Below the pieces are notes generated by a model. That model was not told the origin of the DNA. It searched no databases and worked only from the letters and a program-made list of their open reading frames with translations. 64,000 nucleotides of DNA from Narcine bancroftii (taxonomy: Eukaryota), in contig NC_091471.1 of NCBI RefSeq assembly GCF_036971445.1, positions 358,980,001 to 359,044,000 on the forward strand, in the 5' to 3' direction. Made by a program: the position numbers and the translations under genes. Position 1 is the stretch's first letter. Each line of letters begins with the position of its first letter. Positions 49,116-61,795 of the stretch are shown in pieces.

Positions 49116-49511
49116 ACATTGATGCTGAGGCACATTTTAGCCGTAAATTAAATGGCAAATCATTTAACTTAAGAAATCCCTGACTAATCACAGAGCACCT
49201 AAGGCATAAAGAATGCTGAATGGCCTATATCTGCTTCTATAATTCTGTTTGTGTGGACTGTGTTAAATGCACACAGAGTTAAGGAAAGTCATACACCTCA
49301 GAAGCTCTGAGAGAGAATGTAGAATGGTGATTGTGGATTCTGTTTTCACTTCTTCACTCCCAATGTCCGACTCTGAAAGGCATGAGTCACAAGGTTCCCT
49401 GGGATCTACAACTGTCGCTCTCTCCTCAGTCAAAGGCACATCAGCTCCATGTTTTATTTTTCCTTTGGTGTTTCACTCGGAGCTAGTTAATTTTAGTGCA
49501 GGTTGGTAACT

Positions 49512-49970
49512 GAAGTTCAAAGTTCACCTTTATTGTCAGGGTACACACATGATATCTCACATAGTACAATCCTGAGATTCTTTTTCCTGCAGGCCAGGCA
49601 GAATTTCTAATTACCAGTAGCTGTAAACTGTACTCAGGAACAAAGAAATTTACACAAGAGAACTGAAAGTAAAGAAATAAATGTAAACAGACTGACTGTG
49701 CAAGTACAGAAAAAAATAAATACTGAGCAAAGTAAGAGTCCTTAAATGAGTCTTTGATTGAGTCTGTTGTGTAGGAGTCTGATGGTGGAGGGGTAGCAAC
49801 TGCATCTGAACCTGGTGGTACTAGCCTTGTTGTACCAGTACCTCCATCCTCCTGGTAGCAACCAGGTCAGAGCATGTCCCGGCTGCTGTGGATCCTTGAT
49901 GATTGCTGCTGCTCTCTAACGACAGCGCTCCATATCAATGTCCTCGATTGTGGGGAGAGTTTTGCCTGTG
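49512..49970 (-). mobile_element. Rex1/Babar 3' fragment
   Basis: Reverse complement of the 20205 copy, including TTTATTGTCAG. Confidence 0.78.
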
Positions 49971-50851
49971 ATAAATGTCATTTATTGATTGTGAACCGCT
50001 TTGCTATGTCGAAGACAGGTCATCAGATGTTGCATAAATGCAATGACATTAATACCTTTGAATTACTGCCAGAGGGGAGTAATAGAGTGGCCACTTTGAC
50101 TATACATTACCGTATCTACCAATAGAATGTAAAGTAAAAAAAGTGCCATGCCTGCACTAAGAGCCAACAAGTCCCTTGATCCAGCATTAAGCTTCACTTT
50201 GAGTTCTTTCCCAGTGTTGTCATGAGAATAGTGTCGAAGGTAACTTGTTCATATTAAGGCTCTGTTGCTTGACATGCATTGATTAAACTTTTCAGCAGAA
50301 GGCAATGGGCTTTGTGCATTTTGGAACCTATAACTTAAAAGCAATAATTGTTTTGCAAATGTCAAGGACTTTAAGAGAAAGTGGACATGTCCTGATTGGT
50401 CCCGGTCTGGTCTCAGAGCAAGGGGAGACCCGAAGGATGTTTATAAAGTAAGTAGAAGCAGAGATCAGGAAGACATCCATAATCTTATTGAAAATGTCAA
50501 ATACCAGAGGATGTCCCAATTAAAGGCAAAGGAGGGAAAGTTTGCAGTGGGTGTGCGGGTGACTGTTGTCAAACCTGAAAATCCGCAGGCGCTGTGATCG
50601 CAGCAAAAACTCAGCCGGACTCGAGCGTTCATAGAAGGCAAGATATATTACCAACCTTTCAGGCCAGAGCCCTTCTTTAAGGTATGGAATAGGCTGCCAG
50701 GGGTAGATGTGCAAGCAGACACAACATTCCCAATGAAGAGGCTTTTAGGTAGATGCAAGAATATGCTGGAAATTAAGAAATATGGATAATGTGCATTAAA
50801 AAAAAAGATTTAGCTTAATCTGGCATCATATTTGGGGAAGACGACATAGGC

Positions 50852-51058
50852 CAGTGGTTTGCAACCTTTTTTTTCCACTCATGTGCCACCTTAAGTAATC
50901 CCTTACTATAGCACCTCTGGCACCTATGGTATAGGGATTACTTAAGGTGGTATGTGAGTGAAAAGAAAAAGGTTGAGAACCACTGTCCTATGCACTGTGG
51001 TTTGTAAGGGATTATTTAAGGTGGTGCATGAGTAGGAAAAAAAAGGTTGAGAACCATG
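50852..51058. mobile_element. hAT MITE monomer plus adjacent half copy
   Basis: CAGTGGTTTGCAACC...GGTTGAGAACCACTG (to 50985), then a second GGTTGAGAACCA end. Confidence 0.8.
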
Positions 51059-51219
51059 GGCCTTCATGTGATGTCCTGTGACAGGTATCACAAAGCCATT
51101 TAAATCTCTTCTTGCTTAGTGGGGGTAGGGGTGGGTGGTTGGGTTTGAATGATGGGGAACAACCCTTCATTGAGGAGAGAACAGGTGGGCCTCCCATGAA
51201 GCTTTCCATTACCTTAACT

Positions 51220-51574
51220 CAGTGGTTCCCAACCTTTTTCTTTCCACTCACATCCCACTTTAAGGTGCTGTGTGATTAGTAAGGGATTTCTTAAAGTGGG
51301 ATGTGGATGGAAAAAAGGTTGAAAACCATTGTTTTAATCGTACCTAATTGACTCGTTAAGTGCACAGTTTCATAAATCCAAAGGAAATAGGCCAATTACA
51401 ATTTTTCTCAAGCAAAATATTTCAGTAACAATTGGATCTAGAGCAGTAATTCTTAACCTTTTCTTCCCACTCACATCCCGCCTTAAACAATCCCTTACTA
51501 ATCACAGAGCACTGATGGTATAGGGATTACTTAAAGTGGGATGTGAGTGGAAAGAAAAAGGTTGGGAACCACAG
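51220..51574. mobile_element. hAT MITE, dimeric form (opposite orientation to 9813)
   Basis: CAGTGGTTCCCAACC...GGTTGGGAACCACAG; same spacer as 9813, reverse-complemented. Confidence 0.85.
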
Positions 51575-51591
51575 CTGATATTGGTGTGCAT

Positions 51592-52060
51592 TTCAAGTCA
51601 AGTTTATTGTCATGTGATTGTACAAGAACAACCTAACAAAACAGCTTTCTCCGGTATTTGGTCCAAAACACACAGACTCACAGCCAGATATAACACATAA
51701 CAAACAATACATATTTCATCTATAAAAATAAATAAATAAATGTTGTTTTGTGAATACGAGAGTCTAGGATGGTTAGTGTCAGTAGTTCCATTGGTCTTTC
51801 AGCATTCTCACTGACCATGTTCCTCAGACTGGTGATGCCGGCTCTGATGCTCTCGTATCTCTTCCCAACAGGGAGCAGCTGAAAGATGCTGTGTGCAAGG
51901 TGGAAGGGGTCTTTGATCCCGGTAGATCACATCGATGATGGTGTGGAGGGGGTAGGGGAGTGGGTGGTAGAGAGAAACTCCAGGGACTCTCTCTGCCGCT
52001 CTTATGGTCCTGTGGATTGACCTCCGCTCCATTTCTCTGCAGCAACCATGCCGCACTGAG
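51592..52060 (-). mobile_element. Rex1/Babar 3' fragment
   Basis: TCAAGTCAAGTTTATTG tail; reverse complement of the 37172 copy. Confidence 0.8.
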
Positions 52061-52835
52061 ACGCAGTGTTGTGGTCAGGCCGAGAGATCATTAAAACACC
52101 GCTTTCAACTTTTTGGATCCCTCTCCTGATGGGACAGAGTTCTGGTTGCTTGTGACAGAGAGAGAGAAGGACTGCCAGAAAATGACAAATCCATTATGCT
52201 GCCTCCCAGCCCTCCGCAATGCTGGTGTGTTCATTAGTGTACAGTACAGAAATGCATGTGGGATAAAACACCTGACAAAAGATGTCAGGCAAGATTTACT
52301 GTCTCTGTTGTGCATTTTTGACTGTGGTACAGGCTTGATTGAACACACTGAATTACTTGTTTCCACTTTGTCGATTCCTCTGACAACCTTCCTTATACAT
52401 GAACAATGCAAAAGGGACAGCCATTATCCAGAAATAATGCTTCGGCTGCTATTGTGCACTGGCTATTGGGCTGAGTAAATTAGGTGAGAAATGTAACATG
52501 AAATTGATTTCAAATCTTGTCAGACTGAAGGAGAGCTTTGAAATGGTGAGATCTGGCTCGGCAGAAAAAAACGAGGGGGAAATATCCCACATTATTGGCA
52601 GTCATGGGCTCCACTGCACTCAATCAGTCAACTTGACACTGGTAAACAATAGCCGGAAAATTTGATGATTTGCAGCTTTTTTTATCTGCTATTCTTTTAC
52701 AATTAACAGCTGGGGAATGCTCGAAATTGCAAGGTTGCAATGAAGTTTTTTTTTCTTGGTTATAGTGGGTCAGCATGCTTCCAGACAGGGCATGGGAAAG
52801 GTGAGTTTCTGAGAGTCAAATTGAAGAGACAACAC

Positions 52836-52838
<3 letters not shown>

Positions 52839-52870
<32 letters not shown>

Positions 52871-53148
52871 ACACACACACACACACTTTTGCTCTCTCGC
52901 TCTCTTTTTGTCTGTCTCGTTGTCTCCTCTCTCTCTCTCTCTCTCCCTCTCTCTCTCTCTCTCTTTCTCCTCCCAAATTCTCTCTCTCCCTCTATTTTTT
53001 GCTCTCTTTCTTCTCTGTCCAATTCTCTCTCTCTTTTTCTGATTCTCTCTCCTCTCTTTCCCCCTCCCTCCTCTCTCTCTTTCTCTTTCCCTCCTTTCTC
53101 CCCCCCACCCCAATTTTCTCTCTCTCTTTCTCTCTCCTTTCTCTCCTT
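52839..53148. repeat. Compound (CT)n/(CA)n polypyrimidine tract
   Basis: About 300 bp almost entirely C/T on the + strand. Confidence 0.93.
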
Positions 53149-54029
53149 TAACGTTGATCAGAATTTGTACACTCAGCTGTGGTTTACAACTTTATCACCA
53201 GGCATGGCTTGCCAACGAATCAGTTCACTCTTTTAAATGAATGAAGCTGTGATTTCTTGCAGCGATCAGCGCTCATGATTATAATGAAGCAAGCTGGATG
53301 TCAGTTTTGAGCCTGCAGCGTTACAGTTAAATTGGGAAATCTGGAATGTATGGCCTGGCTTTCCCTGCCATTCCACACACAAGCCTAAGATTTTTTTTAT
53401 TTGTCACATTACAGTGAGAAGAGTTCTTCAGCGAGCAGTCAAATAAGTTGTGTCCAATATTCATGCAGACATGTAAAGAGCGCAAGTTGCGGAGGAGAGA
53501 GGTGTAAACATCGATTAGCACCAAGTGAGAACTGTTGGTGGGGGGGTTCATTCAGGAGCCTGATGGTTGTCTTAAAGTCTTTTGATGTGTGCTTTCATAA
53601 TCTTGAGCCTTTTCCCTGATGGGAGGAGGAAAAGAGAATGTTTCGGGACTGTGAATAATCCTTCAGTCCTACAACAGAATTTCACTGCAGGGAAAGTAAG
53701 ATAAGTGGGGGGGAGGAGGAATTTTTGGCAATTATCCAATGGTATTCAACAGACACACTAGAAAAAGCCAAGGCTGGTGTCTTTCTAACTGTGTATCTGT
53801 CGTTACTGATAAATTCATCCTCAAGCCCTGACAACATAATGTTACAGTAAATGTTTCAATTATTCTCAAAGGATAATTTGAAAAAAATTTTTTAAAAACC
53901 CTTCCTTTTCCAATGTTTAACTTTGCTCGATGTATGTGATTTAATTCTGTTTTATACTCCCTGGTTTAGATTCTGCTTAGAATCAATGAGTTTTAATGCA
54001 GAAAGGAAATTATAGGCCGGTTAGCCTGA

Positions 54030-54722
54030 TATCAGTGGTTGGGAAGATGAGTCAATTGTAAAGGATGACATTACAGAGTACTTTGAGGTACATGACAGGA
54101 TAGGCCAAAGCCAGATGCAAAGTGACCTGGGAGTTCTTCAGGCTATCCTGAATGTTGAGATGGTGGCAAAAAAGGCAAATGCAATGCCGGTGTTCATTTC
54201 AAGTGGAATAGAATATAAGAATAGGCATGCAATGGTGAGAGAGGGTTCAATGGAAGTTTGTAAGGATGATTCCAGAAAAGAAAGGGCTATAATTGGAAGA
54301 GGTTTGACAGCTCTTGGCCTGTACTCATCAGAATTTAGGAGAACGAGAGGGGATCTTATTGAAACATTTTGAATGGGGAAAGGCATGGATAGATTAGATG
54401 TAGAAAAGTTGTTTGCCATGGTGGAGGGGTCTAGGGCAAGAAGACACAACTTCAGGATTGAAGGGCATCTGTTTAGAACAGAGATGCATAGAAAATTTCT
54501 CGAGCCAGAGGGTGGTAACCCTATGGAATTTGTTGTCACAGGTTGATGTTAAGTCATTTATGACAGAGATTTGATTGGTTCTTGATTAGCCAGGGCTTCA
54601 AAGGTTATGGGGTGAAGGCTGGACAGTGGGGTTAAGTGTGACAATTGATCAGCTCATGACTGAATGGTGGGGCAGACTCAAAGGACTGAATAGCCTTTTT
54701 CTGCTCCTATGTTTTAAGGTCT
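54030..54722 (+). mobile_element. Degraded CR1 fragment with internal deletions
   Basis: QSDLGV..KKANAM..IEYK..LGLYSSEFRRTRGDLIETF. Confidence 0.82.
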
Positions 54723-55469
54723 TAATTAAACTCATTGGTTGAACAGCCTCAGCAGACCTTCTCACTGAGCTTTGAGGGTCCCTTGGGTAAGATTCCAGAA
54801 GACAGCAGACTCTGCTCAAAAGCCCAGGTAAAGTCTACAGGCATCGATCAATGTGATTGATTTGATGAGCGATCTGCACCTCAAACCATAGCATCTCTTT
54901 TACTTCTCTTTCCCTTGTTGTAAGGGGCATCGGGCAATGCTCATGGCAGCTCTTTGTTTGACTTGTGCCAGACAAAATTTGAAGTACATCACATATATTA
55001 TATTTTAATTTATTATTACGTGACAATAAAAGGAAATTTGAACCTTGAATCCTTCTCAAACAGCAGCTAAGAAAATTTCAGTGCTTGTAGGTAGACGACT
55101 GCATTGTGTTGTCCTAAGCCTAAGGGTTATAGTATTCTGTGTTTCCTTTACTTTGAGAAGGGTCCTTTCTCCATTAAATAGATGTACCTCTTCAGAGCAA
55201 AATACGAAACTCATCAGATACCGCGATTGAAGAAAAAACTCAGCTGGTATGACCAAATGGCAGTTCCCCAAACAAAATTGTGGGAAGGGAGGGGTGGCGG
55301 GGGTGGGGGGGTGGGGCAGTGCTAATTTTTTAAGTGCTGGTGCTCACCAAAAATGGGGACAAGAGGTCCCATGAGGCCTGGCCTTGGTGGCTGCCATGTT
55401 GTATTTGACATTGTATAATTTACACCGAACGTAAGGATGACAAACAAGGATGACTGGACATGGAAGAAA

Positions 55470-55780
55470 CAGTTAGGTCCTTCTATGTCCAGATAGCACT
55501 CAACAATGGGGGAGGGGGAATGGCCCCAGCAGCACTGCACCCCTGGGGGCGGTGGGAGAGGTGGACAAACCTACAGGCAGGAGGCAAGATTTGGGAAGGT
55601 AAGGGAACAAGGGCACATCAGCAAACAGAGGGAAGCGGAAGTGGCTCTGTGAATGGAGAGGGAAGGGGATGGAGAGCTGGAGGTGAGAAGACAAATGGAA
55701 GGGGAAGAGAGGGAGAATGGGGAGTGGGCTAGCAGAAACGGGAGATGTTGATGCTTATGCCATCTGGTTGGAGTGTATGT
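55470..55780 (-). mobile_element. Penelope-like 3' fragment
   Basis: Colinear with 47570-47790 (GCAGAAAC..GATG..TATGCC.TCTGG). Confidence 0.65.
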
Positions 55781-56159
55781 GATCCACTCTCCAAAATTCA
55801 GTGATGGCCTTCACTGAATAATAATTTCTCAAGGTTCAAGATTCCTTTATTGCCATGTAGTAAAAAACAATGCAATATCAGATAGAATTCGCTTTACGGC
55901 AGGCAAGTTTGCCATCAGCGGAAATCACTTGTAGTGCCTCTTGCAGTCAGAGAAAGAGAAGGAAAAGAGAGTCACCGAGTGCCCGCGTATTTGCCACCAG
56001 CACTGCCGCAGCCACCATAGCCGGAGGGTCAAGTTCAAACCATTGGTAGCCCGAACTCCAGATCCAAATTTCTGACACGATCGGGAACCTTTCATTGCCC
56101 TCGGCACCCTCTTGCATGCCGTGATGAAGAGCTTAAAACTGCTCCCAACAATCCGTGGA

Positions 56160-56370
56160 GTCTCACCAGTGCCCTATAGAGTCTCAACATCACATTCCTG
56201 CTCTTAAAGTGTTTTCCTCTTGAGATGAATGTCAGCATTGCATTTGCCTTATTCACCACCGTTTCACCCTGCAAGTTTACCCTCAGGCTATCCTGGATGA
56301 GGACTCCCAAGTCCCTTTGCATCTGGGTATTTTCATTTTTCTCCCCATTTAAAAAATAATCTGCCTAATC
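56160..56370 (-). mobile_element. CR1 fragment
   Basis: QRDLGVLIQDSL..KANAMLTFISRG..LYRALVR. Confidence 0.8.
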
Positions 56371-56526
56371 CGTCTTTAATCCTGGTTTCAGACTATAAGT
56401 GCCTCAGGCAACATGGATCTTATCCCAATGAAATATGGATGCATTTGCCAGTAATTCAGAAGACATGGACCACCAATCAAGAGTGTACAGATGAGACAAA
56501 AAACATCCACTGTTACATACTCTGTT

Positions 56527-56790
56527 GGGGTGGCACAGTTAGTGTAGCGGTTAGCGCAACGCTGTTACTGCGCCAGTGATCGGGAGCGGGGCTCAAATCC
56601 CACGCTGTCTGTAAGGAGTTTGTACATGCTCCCTGTGTCTATGTGGGTTTTTCCCAGAGGCTCCAGTTTTCTCCCACTGTTCAAAACGTACCCGGGGGGG
56701 GGGGGGGGGGGGGGTAATTGGGCGGCACGGGCTCGTGCTGAATGTCTAAAATTAAATGTAAAATTTAACTTTAAAATAAATTTAAATCTA
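56527..56790 (+). mobile_element. tRNA-derived SINE with expanded poly-G (56694-56714)
   Basis: GGTGGCACAGTTAGTGTAGCGG A-box, GGCTCAAATCC B-box, AT-rich tail. Confidence 0.85.
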
Positions 56791-57884
56791 TATATGCAGT
56801 GTGGCAGTATCTGTTTTTTGAATTGCACATGGGAAACGAGCCTCCATTGAATTCAATGCACTCAAATCTCACCAAGTGTATCCCTGATCTTCAAGCCTGC
56901 ACTGCCATTCACTGAGGTCATGCCTGACACTCTATTTCCCCAGAAGATTCTCCGAATGCCCAGAAATCTATCACCTCCCATTATAAACCAGCTTGGGAGT
57001 TAAGCCTCCACAACTTTCTCGAGGCAAAAAAATTCAAAGATTTACCTCTCCTCATTTCAGTCCTAATTCTGAGATTGTGTCGCCACGTTCCCATCTCTGC
57101 TGAAGGAGAAAGATCCCATTATTTCCAACTTTAAAAACCCAGAAAATATTTTGTAAGTTTCAGTATATTGGCAAGTTGCAAGTTTGATGCATGTGATCCA
57201 TTATAGGTTTCTAGTGGATGACTGCAAATATGCCATGGCATTTTGTGATATTGAATTTTCTCTAAACACACTTAGTAGCATGTATCATGTTTCCATTCAA
57301 TTGGTTCACTATGATCTTTAGGGAGGGAAATATGTAATCTTTACCACATCCGGTCTATATGTCAGTCCAGTCCCATAGCTACATAGTTGATGAAAAAAAG
57401 TTTAACCTTCTAAAGATACCTGGCTGCAAGATACACTTGAGACTCAATGTTATTGCTAAGTATACGGCAAACATCCATTAAACGAGTAGCATATTTTTGA
57501 GAGTTAAATGTTCCCCATTAATTCTATATAAAGTCTATTCCTCTGGGTGTATGATAAATCTGTTTCCCTTCCTATTCGGAGTATCAACTTCCACTCTACA
57601 CACCCTCTCTCACTCCACACTAATCTATAAAATGTTTGTTTTGTCATACACTTCAGCCAGGATAAATACCTACTAAACTCAAGCTCTTTAAGCAGTTAAT
57701 ATTGTAATTATAAAGATGCATTGTTCCAAATAAATTCGAGAACTTTTCATTCATGTCCCTTAAAGCCGTCTTTCCCCTGCTTCCAAACATTCCAATCACA
57801 AGCAAATTTAATGATTCAAAAATTTGCAAGTTCTTTGCAGCACTGACAAACTCTGCACTGCAGATGAGGATGTGAACCAGCAAG

Positions 57885-58258
57885 GATTGCAGTATCTAGA
57901 ATACGTGGAAAGATTTAGTAGACTGGGCCTTTATTCATTGAAGCGTAGAAGGTTGTGGGGGGATTTGATAGAGGTATATAAAATTATGAGGGGAATAGAT
58001 AGAGTAGATGTGAATAGGCTCTTCCCCTTGAGGGTAGGAGCGATTGGAATGAGGGGTCATAAGTTAAGGGTTAGGGAGCAAAACTTTAGAAGTAACATAA
58101 GAGGTAGCTTCTTCACTCAGAGAGTGGTGGCTGAGTGGAATGACCTTCTGGAAGAGGTGGTTGCAGCAGGGTTAATTTTGTCATTTAAAAGGAGGTTGGA
58201 TGAGTACATGGATGTGAGGGGGTTGGAGAGTTATGGGCAGGGAGCAGGCAGGTGGACA
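57885..58258 (+). mobile_element. CR1 3' fragment
   Basis: LGLYSLKRRRLWGDLIEVYKIMRG..FFTQRVVAEWNDL. Confidence 0.9.
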
Positions 58259-58293
58259 GACACAACCTTTCCCAATACAGTCCTCTACTATAT

Positions 58294-58558
58294 AAAAACA
58301 CACTGAAATAATGGAAGAACTCAGCCGGTTTCGCAGTGTCCATCGGAGGTAAAGATATATTACTGACATTTCGGACCTGAGCCCTTCTTCAAGGTGTAAG
58401 CAAAGGAAAAACAGAGAATAAAAAGGCTCGGAATAAAGGCAAGGTCAGCTGGAAGTGGAGTCCAGATCAAAAAAAAGGAGTTAATTGGATCTGAGAAGAA
58501 GAATGGTGAGAACTGGTTTTGGTTCTGTGAAAGGAGACAGAGGGAAAAGGGGGAGGGG

Positions 58559-58629
<71 letters not shown>

Positions 58630-59010
58630 GGGAAAGGTGACAGAAGAGGAAGAAGGGTAGGAGGGTGGGGGGGAGGGGTGCAGTTTAACAAAAGCCAGAG
58701 AAGTCGATGTTCCTGCCATCCAGTTGGAGGGTGCTCAGACGGAAGATGTGGTGGTGTTCCTCCAATTTGTGGGTGGTCTAAGATTGGCAGTGCATGAGAC
58801 CAGGGACAGGAATATCAGCATTGGGACAGGAAATTGAAATGGGTGGCCACTGGCAGATCCACGCTATTGTGGTGGACAGAGTCAAGGTGCTCAACAAAGC
58901 AATCTCCCAGTCTGCACCCAATCTCACTGAACTACAAGACAGCTCAGTTCCTCCAGCATTTCTGTGTGTTTTACTGCAATCACAGCATTGACAGACTTTT
59001 GTGTTTCACT
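58294..59010 (-). mobile_element. Penelope-like element fragment with internal (GA)n
   Basis: Pseudo-LTR motifs at both ends in inverted orientation; KLEEHHHIFRLSTLQLDG GIY-YIG C-terminus on the minus strand. Confidence 0.8.
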
Positions 59011-59417
59011 CGGCTCCACTACATGCATTTCATTAAAGGCGAGTGGAACTAATTCTATGAACAATAACAGTGTCACCATCTCAGGAATGAGTAACATGAA
59101 AAGAGAAAGGCAATATTGTTGCTGAAGTTAAGAGCTCAAACTTGGTGAGTCCACTGCAAAACATTGTAAAGACCTTGAAGACTTGAACCCTTCAGGGATT
59201 TTTGGAACGGGGTATTTAGTCCAATGCAGGTTGCATAGTGAAGGCATCTGGCACCTGCTCTGGATGTAAAGGCCTCACTGAAATTCAGCACTGGTCAGGA
59301 AAGTTTAAGTGGTGCCAAGAAGAATATAGGTCACAGTCTTTGCCAGGTTAAGGTCACCAACTGCAGGTCCATTGACCGGTTGCAGTCATTGGGAGTTCAA
59401 TGTCATTTCACTACCTA

Positions 59418-59704
59418 TTTAAGGTGGGATGTGGGTGGAAAGAAAAAATTTGAAAACCATTGTTTTTATCAAACCTAATTGACCTGTTATGTGCATGGTT
59501 TCATAACTCCAAAGGAAATGGGCCAATGACCATTTTTCTCAAGCAAAATATTTCAGTAACAATTTGGTCTAGAGCAGTGATTCTCAACCTTCCTGTCAAC
59601 TCACATACCACCTTAAGTAATCCCTTACTAATCACAGAGCACCTATGGCATAGGGATTACTTAAAGTGATATGAGAGTGGAAAGAAAAAGGCTGTGAACC
59701 ACTG
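59418..59704. mobile_element. hAT MITE, dimeric form, left-truncated
   Basis: Colinear with 51290-51574. Confidence 0.8.
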
Positions 59705-60294
59705 TGCTAACTCGATAATTTCTAATGAATAGACACTGAATAAAAATGTTAACTCAATTTCTCTCTCATCTTCAGATGCTGCCTGACCTGCAGTATATTC
59801 CCAACTATTATTCATAGATAGATTATGGACAGTGTGACTGCTGGGCCCTCGAGCCTGTCCCAGGATTATTATCACCTTGGGCTCAAGTCGGGTTCAGATG
59901 GGTTGTGGCCAGGTTTTAATTTTATTAATGAGCAGATCTCCAGAGGGACTGGACAACTGCACTCCACAAAGAGGTAGAGTATTGGAGAGGATTAAAGAAA
60001 ATCACCTGTTGAAAATGTAGATTACATGATAGGTTTGTAGATGACACCAAAATCGATGGCAGTGGAGATGGTGAGGAAGGTTGTTTCAGTTTACAACAGG
60101 ATATAATTTAAATGTGGTGATGGGAAATTAATTTAACTAAATGTGTGGTTGCCAAGTCGGGGGTAACAAAAGAAGATAAGAAATGGAAATAGGAGCATGA
60201 TACTCATGGTGGGAACCCTTCCCAATTCTGCACCATGCCTCACTGGCGTTCAGACACTCGTGTGTGTTATTCACTGAAACAAATTCTGATGAAG

Positions 60295-60520
60295 TGCAAC
60301 GCTGTTACAGTGCCAGCAATCAGGACTGGGGTTCAAATCCGGCACTGCCTGCAAGAAGTTTGTACGCTCTCCACGTGTCTGCGTGGGTTTCCTCCGAAGG
60401 CTCTGGTTTTCTCCCACTGTTCAAAAACGTACCGGTGTTGCAGATCAATCAGGTGTGTAATTGGGCTCATGAGCCAAAAGGGCCTGTTACTATGTTGTAT
60501 GTCTAAACTTTTTAAAAAGT
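60295..60520 (+). mobile_element. tRNA-derived SINE
   Basis: GGTTCAAATCC; same family as 56527. Confidence 0.8.
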
Positions 60521-61013
60521 AATTGATCTAGAAAGTCACTTCAGTCTCTCTCTCTCTCTATACAGATGTTAAGTGTTTCCCATATTCTCTGTTTTTATTT
60601 CCAGTTTCCAGCTTCAGCGATGATTCATTATTTTTCTGCGAAGGCCATCAAACGACGTTCACTGCTCTTTTACTCATGCATTATCCCTTGCTGAAGACAA
60701 CCTGGATACTCAGTTTGTGGAAAAAAAGCAGACAAAAATACCTCAGAGGCAGTGGGACACCTTGAAATATACTAACGGTGCACATTCTTGTGGGAATTGG
60801 CAGGGTGGGTGAATATATAATGAATCCAATGGCCCAGAGGGTGTTCCATTGTGGAGCTGTACCCACGTTAGCCAGATCTTCAGCATGCCTAACCTAAGGA
60901 GAGCTAGGGCGATGTGTAACGTGAGGGGTCCAATTAAGGTAAATATTCTTTTCCCAGGACGGTCTAATCTAAAAATTAAAGGACATAGATTTAAATTTTT
61001 AAAATTTAAATTA

Positions 61014-61569
61014 CCATATATTTCGGCATATAAGTCGACCAGCATATGTCAATCCCAATTTTTCAGCCTAATTTTAAGGGTTTTATGGTATATCCAGCAT
61101 ATAAGTCGATCCCCATTTTTCAGGCTGTCCGGGCCTCCCAGGAACAACCCAAATATCTTTAGAACAAACCAATAGCAAGTAGCAAAGCTGTAAATTAAAT
61201 AAGTTAAAAAAAAAACCCACCGACCTTCCAGACAGCAATGGCGAACGCCCACAGACCTGGAGCAGTGACATTGTGCTTCAGGCGGGAACAGAAACCTTGG
61301 CCTACCAGGCAAGAGCAGCGATGGCAAACTCAGGGTGTCAGGTAGGAGCGGTTATGGCGGCGCCCAGCAGTAGGGAGGTGTTGGGGAGCAGCGGCGTTGG
61401 CTGTGGGGAGGTGCTTCCAGCATCGACTTGTACGCCGAATTGATGTCAATTTTGTTTTGGTGAATTTAAGGCCTCAAAAGTATATCCGGCATATGTCAAC
61501 ATCCACCCCCCCCATTTTTGAGAAATTTTTTAGGGTTTCATGACTTGACTTATACGCCAAAATATATCG
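61014..61569. mobile_element. Tc1/mariner (pogo-like) non-autonomous element, third family
   Basis: TA|CCATATATTTCGGCATATAAGTC...GACTTATACGCCAAAATATATCG|TA; inserted in the AT-rich tail of the adjacent SINE. Confidence 0.85.
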
Positions 61570-61571
61570 TA

Positions 61572-61795
61572 ATTTTAAAAAAATGTAGGCATACAGGCCC
61601 TTTTGGTCCACGAACCCTTGCTACCCAAGTGCACCCAATGAATCTACAGGCCCTGTTTTCGAACAGTGGGAGGAAACTGGCGCACCCGAAGGAAACCCAC
61701 GCAGACGAAGGGAGAACGTACAAACTCCTTGTAGAAAGTACGAGATTCGAACCCCGGTCCTGGTCTCTGGTGCTGTAACAGAATTGAGCTAAATG
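61572..61795 (-). mobile_element. tRNA-derived SINE
   Basis: GAGATTCGAACCCC B-box on the minus strand. Confidence 0.8.

Noticed and set aside
35440-56790. tRNA genes at A/B-box motifs
   Set aside because: All continue into SINE body and tail, with no cloverleaf or Pol III terminator
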